A stretch of 64,000 nucleotides of DNA from a candidate division WOR-3 bacterium. GTDB taxonomy: Bacteria > Hydrothermota > 32-111. The notes under the pieces were generated by a model. It saw nothing but the letters and a program-made list of their open reading frames with translations. It ran no database searches and was not told where the DNA came from. The stretch covers positions 64,001-128,000 of the forward strand of contig JBBFKX010000002.1 of NCBI GenBank assembly GCA_037481815.1, in the 5' to 3' direction. Position 1 is the stretch's first letter. Every line of letters starts with the position of its first letter. This document shows, piece after piece, positions 27,834 through 36,041 of this stretch. Position numbers and translations under genes: made by a program.

Positions 27834-28707
27834 ATTTTTCAAAAAAAGAAAAATCAACATTTCAATAGTACCAAGTGATTCTTCAGAAACAAAAGGTTTC
27901 AAGATGTTGTTTATCATATTACCTGTATTTTTAATACTTTTAATATCTTCAATAATCTTCTTGACTTTTTCAACTATTCAAAATTTAAAAAATATAAACA
28001 AATACTCTTCTGTTAGAAAAACGAAAGAGGAGATAAAACTTTTATCAAAAAAAGATCAGGAGATAAAAAAGAGTATAATGCAAATAGAAAAAGAGATTAT
28101 AGATTTAAAAAAAGAGATTAAAGATCTGACACCATTATTTGATTTTTTTTCAGGTCATACAGGTTCACAAAAGGTAAATATGGAATTACCATCGAACATT
28201 GATACTCTACTTTTCATAACGGAATATTTAAATGGATTGTCTGATAGTTTGATAACATTCTTGAAAAATAATAACGAAAGAATTCCTTCTCTTGTTCCAA
28301 TAAATGGATGGGTTTTAAGAAAATATGGAAAGGTAAAAGATCCTTTTACAGAAACTGAGAAATTTTCAAAAGGGATACTCTTTGTTTCCGAACTCAACAG
28401 CGATGTTTTTTCTTCGATATCTGGAAGGGTATCATTCGCAGGTATTAAAAACTCCAAAAATGGTAATGTAGTAATAATAGAGAATGGACTCTTTACGGTT
28501 GAATATTCACATCTATCTCTTATAACTGTTAAAACCGGAGATTATGTAAAAAAGGGACAGAAAATAGGAACAGCCGGTAAGAGTGGAAAAACTTTAACAT
28601 CATCCATTTTCTATAAAGTCATCAGGGGAACAGAAATGATTGATCCTGAACTATCATTTTTAATACCAACATTTTTCCTTTATGATACCTTGAATACAAA
28701 TTTATAA
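27826..28707 (+). CDS. M23/LytM domain protein with TM and coiled coil, degenerate active site
   Basis: PSLVPINGW..YG..KDPFT, YSHLS..VKTGDYVKKGQKIG..GKSG. ATG 27826 follows GGAG. Confidence 0.85.
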   Translation: MDKFFKKRKINISIVPSDSSETKGFKMLFIILPVFLILLISSIIFLTFSTIQNLKNINKYSSVRKTKEEIKLLSKKDQEIKKSIMQIEKEIIDLKKEIKDLTPLFDFFSGHTGSQKVNMELPSNIDTLLFITEYLNGLSDSLITFLKNNNERIPSLVPINGWVLRKYGKVKDPFTETEKFSKGILFVSELNSDVFSSISGRVSFAGIKNSKNGNVVIIENGLFTVEYSHLSLITVKTGDYVKKGQKIGTAGKSGKTLTSSIFYKVIRGTEMIDPELSFLIPTFFLYDTLNTNL

Positions 28708-30356
28708 AAATAGAATGTTCTTAAAACTCTTTTAACATAATTCTTCGTTTCTATAAATGGTATTCCTTCTATAAAGAGTTCCCAGTCAGCATATTTTCTC
28801 TTCCACTTTTTTACGTTTCCAACACCGGCATTGTATGCCATTATAGCTTCAGATGGAGAATCAGGAAAACGACTTAAATAATCTTTTAAATGTTTCGCAC
28901 CAGCTCTAATATTCTTTTCAAGGTTAAAATAATCTTTATCGTTATTATAGGAATCATATACAAAGTCCATCAATTGCATTATACCTTTTGCATTTGATGG
29001 TGATATAGCACTCCAATTAAAATTGGATTCTTCTCTTGCGATCGAAAGTAGAAGTGATAAATCAACATTTTCTTCATTTGAGATTTTTCTGAAGGTTTCA
29101 AGATATGGTACAGGGAATAAATAACATATGTATTTCCTGTAATCGTTTCCATCCCTTATTCTTCTCTCAGAAAAGTATGTTGAAAAATTATAAAATTTAA
29201 ATTTATTAAGAAGGTATATGATATAATCCTTATTTGAATCATCCTTTCTGTATTTTAAAACAAGAAAATCTTTAAAATTCTCTCTAAAACCATTATCTTC
29301 AAAAATTTTATACAATTTTAAAATCAAACTATCATCCTCAAATTTTTCTTCTTTTATTTCAAGTTTTTTATTTAATTGGATAAAAGCTCTAACAGAATAG
29401 AGTGTGAGAGGAAAATCAAGAACAACGATATTTAACAGAGAATCTCCTTTTTTTCTATCACCCATCATATAATAATATTTTGCCTGATGGTATAAAAAGT
29501 TCTTATCTTTCCCATTATAGTTTTTCATTATCGAATCATAGAAGTTTAAATCATTCTCATTCCTTGCATTTGAAACGATTCTCAGTAAAGCTTCATCATC
29601 ATTTATTTTAAAGTAAATCAAAGCAGCTTTCTTATAATCTTTCTTATTCTCATAATATTTCCCAAGAAAATATAGTAGATTACCTTTTAACCTGTTTTCT
29701 TCAACGAATCTAACATATTCAGATTTAATCTTTTTGTCTTCAACCTTAGAGAAAATATCTGTGTAAATGTTGATGTAATTTTTGATCTTTAAAGTATCAT
29801 TTCCCTTTAAACTCAACAAAAAAATAATCCAACCGGTAGTATCTTTTCTATCAATAAGTTCATCAAAATTTTTCGAAGAAAAGTTTTTTAAAAATACAAA
29901 GACCGAATCATCATGACTAAAGATTTCAGGGTTCGCTTTAAAAAATTTTATGGAATTTGAATCTTGTGGGAACTCTCTTACAAATTTTATTAAAAACTCC
30001 TTATCATAAGAAGCTCTCTTAAGCATTGTTGTGTAATTTGTTATTTCCAATCCATTTTTTATAAAAAATCCCAACCTGTTTGTATCGCTCTCATTTTTCA
30101 AAAGTTGGTTCAAAACTTTTTCTTTTTTGTTGTATTTTAATTTTACAATTTTATCAAGATCATTTTTTTTAAGAAAATCAACGATTAAAACCCTGTACAA
30201 AATATCCTGTAAATCTTTATCCTCTAATGAATCTATAAACTTAGAATCATTCTCCAAAAAAAAACTTTCAACCCAAAAAATATCTTTCTTTTCAATAAGA
30301 ATGTTTGAAAAAATTAAAATTGGGAAGAGAAAAATCAGAATGAAACAGTTTTTCAT
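28680..30356 (-). CDS. Soluble lytic transglycosylase (Slt domain)
   Basis: Signal peptide, helical body, AREES, GIMQL, AYNAG, ETKNYVKRV. Confidence 0.9.
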   Translation of the reverse strand: MKNCFILIFLFPILIFSNILIEKKDIFWVESFFLENDSKFIDSLEDKDLQDILYRVLIVDFLKKNDLDKIVKLKYNKKEKVLNQLLKNESDTNRLGFFIKNGLEITNYTTMLKRASYDKEFLIKFVREFPQDSNSIKFFKANPEIFSHDDSVFVFLKNFSSKNFDELIDRKDTTGWIIFLLSLKGNDTLKIKNYINIYTDIFSKVEDKKIKSEYVRFVEENRLKGNLLYFLGKYYENKKDYKKAALIYFKINDDEALLRIVSNARNENDLNFYDSIMKNYNGKDKNFLYHQAKYYYMMGDRKKGDSLLNIVVLDFPLTLYSVRAFIQLNKKLEIKEEKFEDDSLILKLYKIFEDNGFRENFKDFLVLKYRKDDSNKDYIIYLLNKFKFYNFSTYFSERRIRDGNDYRKYICYLFPVPYLETFRKISNEENVDLSLLLSIAREESNFNWSAISPSNAKGIMQLMDFVYDSYNNDKDYFNLEKNIRAGAKHLKDYLSRFPDSPSEAIMAYNAGVGNVKKWKRKYADWELFIEGIPFIETKNYVKRVLRTFYFYKFVFKVS

Positions 30357-31156
30357 AAAAGATTGTAGCCAACAAATACAGGTGTAACCTTCCCTTCAAG
30401 AAAAACTTTTGAATATTTCATGTCAAAATATATAGTCAAAAATTCTCCGGATCTTGCAAGAATTTTTACAGGTGATGGAATCTCATATTTCAAAGACATT
30501 ATTATCGCAGATGCTACAGAACCAGTTCCACAAGAAAGGGTTTCGTCTTCGACTCCCCTTTCATAGGTTCGAATTTTTATGAAATTTTTTTCTCTTTTGA
30601 CAAAGTTGACATTTGTTCCCTCTTTTTGGAAAATTTTGGAAAACCTTATCTCTTTGCCAATATTTTTTACATCTATGTTTTCTATATCTTCAACCTCAAT
30701 CACAAAATGTGGAACACCTGTATTGATAAATGAACCTGTAAATATACCATAACTCGTTTCAACTTTTATATTCTCTGTTAAAGAGTGTGGTGGAGATAAT
30801 TCCAATTTTACTATGTTACCTTTTTTTATTTGGGCCTGATGTATACCATTTTTTGAACAGAAAATGACTTTTCTTTTTTTAATTATTCCCATCAGATAAG
30901 CAAATAGTACTATCGATCTCCCACCATTTCCACACATTTCAGCTTCTTTGCCATCATTGTTGAAATAAACCATTCTGAAGTCACAATTTTTAGTTCCCTT
31001 TTCGAGAAGAATCAAACCATCAGCACCTATACCTATCTTGGGAGAACACAATTTTTTTATATAGAAAGGGGATGGCCTTTTTCGACCATCCCTGTTATCG
31101 ATTATTATAAAATCGTTTCCACTTCCGGAAACTTTCATAAAAAAATCAACTTTCAT
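30353..31156 (-). CDS. dapF: Diaminopimelate epimerase
   Basis: GSGNDF, GADG, EMCGNG, GVPH, NVNF, ERGVEDETLSCGTG. Start is ATG 31156. Confidence 0.95.
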   Translation of the reverse strand: MKVDFFMKVSGSGNDFIIIDNRDGRKRPSPFYIKKLCSPKIGIGADGLILLEKGTKNCDFRMVYFNNDGKEAEMCGNGGRSIVLFAYLMGIIKKRKVIFCSKNGIHQAQIKKGNIVKLELSPPHSLTENIKVETSYGIFTGSFINTGVPHFVIEVEDIENIDVKNIGKEIRFSKIFQKEGTNVNFVKREKNFIKIRTYERGVEDETLSCGTGSVASAIIMSLKYEIPSPVKILARSGEFLTIYFDMKYSKVFLEGKVTPVFVGYNLL

Positions 31157-31526
31157 AAAACGCCACAGCCTCAATTTCGATGGGACTGTTTTTTGGAAGA
31201 TTAGAGGCCTCAACTACAGCTCGTGCAGGAAGATGATTTTTGAAATATTTTTCATAAACGGAATTTATTTTTGAAAAATCTGACATATTTTTGATGTAGA
31301 TGTTTACTTTCACAAGATTATCAAAAGAGAGTTTTTCTCCCTCAAGAATTATTTTAATGTTTTCAAGTGTTCTCTGGGTTAAAGTCTCTATATCTCCCTC
31401 GATGATGTTTCCCGTTACAGGATCGATCGGAAGTGTTCCGGATATAAACAAAAAATCACCAGCCCTTATCGCCTGACTGTAAGGACCTACAGGCTTTGGA
31501 GCTTTTTCATTAAAAATTTTTTTCAT
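31146..31526 (-). CDS. ridA: RidA family enamine/imine deaminase
   Basis: APKPVGPYSQA, PARAVVE..LP...IEIEA. Confidence 0.93.
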   Translation of the reverse strand: MKKIFNEKAPKPVGPYSQAIRAGDFLFISGTLPIDPVTGNIIEGDIETLTQRTLENIKIILEGEKLSFDNLVKVNIYIKNMSDFSKINSVYEKYFKNHLPARAVVEASNLPKNSPIEIEAVAFYES

Positions 31527-32452
31527 TCGTTAACTCCTAAAAGTTTCAACATAACCGCTTTTTGTGCATGCAATCTGTTTTCAGCTTCATCGAAAACAAC
31601 CGAATTTGGAGAATCGATAACATCATCTGTCACCTCTTCACCCCTATGGGCTGGTAGACAGTGCATAAAAATAGCATCACTTTTTGCATTTTTAAAAAGT
31701 TTCATATTAACCTGATAATCTTTGAACGCTTTTGCTCTTTCCTCTTTCTCCGCTTCCTCTCCCATCGATGCCCAAACATCAGTGTAAACAACATCAGCAT
31801 CTTTTACAGCTTCAAAAGGATCATAAGTTATAATGACTTTTGAATTATTTTTTTTCGCCATCTCCTTTGATTTTTCAACATACTCCTCATCAGGTTCATA
31901 TCCTTTTGCACATGCCATATAAAAATCAGCACCAAGCATTGATGATATTAGCATCAAAGAATGGCTCATGTTGTTACCTGCTCCAACAAAGGTAAACTTG
32001 ATTCCATTGGTTTTTCCTTTATGTTCTTCTATAGTCAAATAATCAGCAAGTACCTGGCAGGGATGTTCTTTGTCTGATAGTCCATTTATAACAGGGATTT
32101 TTGCATATTTTGCAAGATCTTCGACAGATTTGTGTGCAAAAACTCTCGCCATTATTATATCAACCATTCTATCAAGATTTCTTGCTATATCAGGAACACT
32201 TTCCCTAGAACCAAGGGATATATCCTTTGGACCAAGATATATCGCATGTCCACCAAGTTGTGTGAAACCTGTTTCAAAACTAACTCTTGTTCTTAAAGAA
32301 GGTTTTTCAAAAATCATAGCGAGTGTCATCTGGTTAAAACAATTACGATATTTTTTCGTTTTAACTTCCTTTTTTACTTTTTTTGCGAGTTTGAAAATCT
32401 CTAAAATCTCTTCTTTTGTTAAATCAAGAATTGAAACAAGATCCTTTTTCAT
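31523..32452 (-). CDS. argF: Ornithine carbamoyltransferase
   Basis: PSLRTR, HPCQ, DVWASMG, HCLP, AENRLH. ATG 32452 follows GGAGGT. Confidence 0.95.
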   Translation of the reverse strand: MKKDLVSILDLTKEEILEIFKLAKKVKKEVKTKKYRNCFNQMTLAMIFEKPSLRTRVSFETGFTQLGGHAIYLGPKDISLGSRESVPDIARNLDRMVDIIMARVFAHKSVEDLAKYAKIPVINGLSDKEHPCQVLADYLTIEEHKGKTNGIKFTFVGAGNNMSHSLMLISSMLGADFYMACAKGYEPDEEYVEKSKEMAKKNNSKVIITYDPFEAVKDADVVYTDVWASMGEEAEKEERAKAFKDYQVNMKLFKNAKSDAIFMHCLPAHRGEEVTDDVIDSPNSVVFDEAENRLHAQKAVMLKLLGVNE

Positions 32453-32465
32453 CTTACCTCCATTT

Positions 32466-32948
32466 TTATTCAAAAATTTTTGCTTGAAATTCTTCAACCA
32501 ATTTTGAAGTCAATTCAGTATGTTTTTTTGAAATGTTTTCTATCAATTTTTTCAACCTTTCAAAATCTATATCATCAACAGATTTTATAGAAAAAAGAAT
32601 AGAAAAATTTTTTTCAACTCCAATCGAAATATCTATCAATGATAAATTTTCTTCAAGTAATTTTCTATAGTATGGAAGGATATTGTTTTTTGGAAGATAT
32701 GTCAAGGGTGAAATCAATTTTATGAAAAATTTACCATCCTCTTTTATGAGATATAGATATATGGGTGTTATTCCAATCTTGAAAAACCAACCGAACATAT
32801 TTTTATCAGATAGTTCCAGTTTTGCGTCTTCATGTGTTGTTCCAACAGTTGATAGAATTTCCTCTATTATTTTTAAAACATCTTCTATCTCGTCGTTTTT
32901 TTCAGTACCAAAAATTTTTTTTACTATATGCAATATATCCATAATCAC
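32466..32948 (-). CDS. YbjN/CesT (type III chaperone)-fold protein
   Basis: 160 aa with the pattern W.F..G...I.L....F..L.SP...LP......YRKLLE.N, typical of YbjN/CesT-like domains. Confidence 0.6.
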   Translation of the reverse strand: MIMDILHIVKKIFGTEKNDEIEDVLKIIEEILSTVGTTHEDAKLELSDKNMFGWFFKIGITPIYLYLIKEDGKFFIKLISPLTYLPKNNILPYYRKLLEENLSLIDISIGVEKNFSILFSIKSVDDIDFERLKKLIENISKKHTELTSKLVEEFQAKIFE

Positions 32949-33718
32949 TCCAGATCAAGGTTGTGCCCGCATTTTTTACACCACCTATTTTCTGGTGGAT
33001 TTTTTTCACCGCATTCAGAACATTTTTTGTACTTAGTCTTTCCTTTTTCAGAATTTTCAATAAGTTTCGCACCACAATTTTCGCACCATAAAGAGTTTGT
33101 TGTGTTTCTATACCCACAAACATTACAGTAAACACTATCAGGGGTTAGTTTGTATTTTTTTATTGTTAGATTTATTAGAGGTAAGATATCAACAACAGGT
33201 ATTGCGAATCCTATCCCAGATGCATCAGCAATTTTTAGTGTATTTATTCCTATAACTCTTCCCCTCTTATCTATGAGTGGTCCACCAGAATTCCCAGGAT
33301 TTATAGGCACATCCGTTTGGATGTATTTTATGCCACCGATCTCTCTATCAAGTGCAGAGATAATCCCTTTTGTAACAGTGTTTTCAAAACCCAAAGGATT
33401 ACCGTATGCGATAACCTCATCTCCAACCTTATAATCCTTCTGTTTAGCGACTGTGGCAATTTGAAAATTTTTATTCGATATTATTTTTATAAAGGCTATA
33501 TCCATATCAAAATTTGATTCTATTACTTTTGCTTTAAAATTCGAACTATCAAACATCTGTATTTCACAATCGGTACTATCCTCCACCACATGAGCATTTG
33601 TTATAACTATTCCTGTTTTATCAGCTATAAAACCTGTACCAATGTTTTTATCAGTTTTCACAACAACTATGCTGTCCTTTAATTTTTCGATTATTTTAGA
33701 TATAGAAAAATTTTTCAT
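32945..33718 (-). CDS. Cytoplasmic trypsin-like (S1C) serine protease with C-terminal zinc ribbons
   Basis: TNAHV, DIA and NPGNSGG triad. No signal peptide or PDZ. Four CxxC motifs (CNVC, CENC, CSEC, CKKC). Confidence 0.9.
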   Translation of the reverse strand: MKNFSISKIIEKLKDSIVVVKTDKNIGTGFIADKTGIVITNAHVVEDSTDCEIQMFDSSNFKAKVIESNFDMDIAFIKIISNKNFQIATVAKQKDYKVGDEVIAYGNPLGFENTVTKGIISALDREIGGIKYIQTDVPINPGNSGGPLIDKRGRVIGINTLKIADASGIGFAIPVVDILPLINLTIKKYKLTPDSVYCNVCGYRNTTNSLWCENCGAKLIENSEKGKTKYKKCSECGEKNPPENRWCKKCGHNLDLE

Positions 33719-34971
33719 TTCTTTTTTATTTCTTTTAAGATCTCCTGTGCTGCTTCATCGAGAACCTTTTTACTATCCTGATTACCTTTTATAGCGTATT
33801 CAAGTGCATTCCCAAGGTATTTTCTTCCGAGATACCAAATTCTATCCTGTGGTTCCATATAAGAATTTTCAAGTTGTAAATAGACATCTTTCAGTCCAGG
33901 ATATTCTTCAAATCTTTTTTTCAACAGTTCAGAATCCATCGAACTTTTTCTTACAGGCAAATAACCTGTTCTGTATGACCAGTAAGATTGTATTTCAGGT
34001 GAAGTGAAATATTTTATAAATTTAACTGCTCCTTCTTTTTGTTTCTTGGAAGATTTTTTAAAAACAGCAACATTTGTTCCAGAAATTACAACGGCCTTCT
34101 TATCTCCAGCCGGCACAGGGGCCACTCCAAACTCAAACTCAGGTTTTGCTTCTTTGATGAAAGATAAAGAAACAGTTGAACCATAAATTATAGCAACTTT
34201 TTTAGCAAGAAAGTCATCCTGATGTTGATACCCTGTTGTTATGTAGCCACTTTTATCAACATTTATTATCCTTTTGTCTATTTCTATTGCCTTTACACCA
34301 GCAGGTGTATTAAACAATGGATTCATATTTGAATCCACGAGTGCACCATTGTACTGAAACAATCTGCATTCAAACATCCACACATTAATATTGAATGCTG
34401 TTCCATGCAGATCTATTTTCCCATCTTTATCCAAATCAACAGTCAACTTTTTTGTAACGGAAATAAACTCTTCCCAATTATCAGGGAATTTTTCAATAGA
34501 AAATTTTTTAAACATATCTTTGTTGTAAAAATACGCTGGAACTGATTTGTTGAAAGGCAGTGATAAAAGTTTTCCATTGAAAGTATTATCCTTAACAAAA
34601 ATTTCAAAAAAATCATTTTCAATATCTTTTTTAAAGTCTTCATCGATAAGTTCTTCAATCGGTTCAATAACTCCACTATTATAGAATTCGCTCGTCCATG
34701 ACTCATAAACCTGAGATATTACAGGAGGATTTGACATTGAAGCCATCAACTTTGTTGATAATGCTTCATAGGTACCAACTGAAATGGGCACTATTCTATA
34801 TTCAGGATTTTTCATATTGAACGAATCAACTATTTCCTTCAAAGCATCTCCAGCAGGGCCACCCATCACATGCCAGAAAGTAATTTCGGTGACATCTTTG
34901 TCTTTTATATCACATGAAAGTAAAAAGAAAATTGTGAAGATGATCATTATTGAAATTTTTAAATATTTCAT
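33715..34971 (-). CDS. ABC transporter substrate-binding lipoprotein (UgpB/sugar family)
   Basis: Lipobox LLSC, ITFWH, LPFNKS...YNKD, W...TGYLP. Confidence 0.9.
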   Translation of the reverse strand: MKYLKISIMIIFTIFFLLSCDIKDKDVTEITFWHVMGGPAGDALKEIVDSFNMKNPEYRIVPISVGTYEALSTKLMASMSNPPVISQVYESWTSEFYNSGVIEPIEELIDEDFKKDIENDFFEIFVKDNTFNGKLLSLPFNKSVPAYFYNKDMFKKFSIEKFPDNWEEFISVTKKLTVDLDKDGKIDLHGTAFNINVWMFECRLFQYNGALVDSNMNPLFNTPAGVKAIEIDKRIINVDKSGYITTGYQHQDDFLAKKVAIIYGSTVSLSFIKEAKPEFEFGVAPVPAGDKKAVVISGTNVAVFKKSSKKQKEGAVKFIKYFTSPEIQSYWSYRTGYLPVRKSSMDSELLKKRFEEYPGLKDVYLQLENSYMEPQDRIWYLGRKYLGNALEYAIKGNQDSKKVLDEAAQEILKEIKKK

Positions 34972-34979
34972 AGATTCTC

Positions 34980-36041
34980 CTATTCATCAAGTGGTTTCAA
35001 AACGTATCCAAATTCTGTTTTCATATAAAAAAATCTATCAACTATTTTTTCATCAATCCATTTAAGATCAACAAGTTCTTTTAAATTTTCCGGGTATTTT
35101 CTATACTGTAAAAAGAAGACGGTCAAAACATTATCTATATTTTCCAACATATACCTATCCGTGGCTCTATATTTAACAACATGATAAGAAAAAACTTTTT
35201 TATAAAATCTTTTAACAAAAAAACCTGTTGAAGTTAAAACCAAAACAAAAATTACCAAAATGATCCAGTTTATAACAACCTTTATATCAAATGTGGCTTT
35301 TTCTTTAACCTCTTTTTTCTCCTCTTCGACTTCTCTTTTTTTCGTCTTTTCTATAAGATTCATCTTTAAAAGGTTATAAACTGATTGGTATGTTAAAAAT
35401 CTACCGAGTCCGCTTATTCTTATGAGATCTCCAAGTGATTTTTCAGGGGAGATTAAATCAAGAACACTTTTTTCTTCTAAACCGATATTCTCTGGGATTT
35501 GAGTGTTATCAACTTTTTTAAAATAGATATCGGTTGTCGGTAGAACCGATTGGATGTTTGGCCACTCATCCATCCTTCTCATACCTTCCATCATCAGCGC
35601 CTGTGTATTGATACTGACTTTTACTATAGAGTTTGGATACATTATCAGATCTTCAATGAATTCATAAGTACCGGTATCCCATATAAAAAGTTCATCAAAA
35701 ATTTCCTGGATCTTAAAATGTATTATCTCTTTTAATTGTTCCTGATCCACATATTTTTCATCTATCAAAATCTTTTCAAGAGGGACCTTTGTCTCACGAT
35801 GCATTTCTAAAATCTTTTTATAATTCTCAAATGTTATCTTACCACTGTTTACAAGGTATTCTTTTATCAATTCCTGAATGCCACCTCTTGTATAAACAGC
35901 ACCATTTACATTACCTTTGATAAAACCTATTTCGATCTTGTCATTCTTCTTGTTTAGAACCAAAACACCGGTCTTTTCGGTTTGTGCTATAAAACCTATA
36001 ATATTTGGCAGGTCATCTTTTGATCTTAATTCACCTTTCAT
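34980..36041 (-). CDS. DUF4388 (PatA-N) domain membrane protein
   Basis: MKGEL..LPNII.FI...KTGVL, F.W..G.YEF, MEGMRRMDEW, one TM, C-terminal YPENLKELV. Confidence 0.8.
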   Translation of the reverse strand: MKGELRSKDDLPNIIGFIAQTEKTGVLVLNKKNDKIEIGFIKGNVNGAVYTRGGIQELIKEYLVNSGKITFENYKKILEMHRETKVPLEKILIDEKYVDQEQLKEIIHFKIQEIFDELFIWDTGTYEFIEDLIMYPNSIVKVSINTQALMMEGMRRMDEWPNIQSVLPTTDIYFKKVDNTQIPENIGLEEKSVLDLISPEKSLGDLIRISGLGRFLTYQSVYNLLKMNLIEKTKKREVEEEKKEVKEKATFDIKVVINWIILVIFVLVLTSTGFFVKRFYKKVFSYHVVKYRATDRYMLENIDNVLTVFFLQYRKYPENLKELVDLKWIDEKIVDRFFYMKTEFGYVLKPLDE

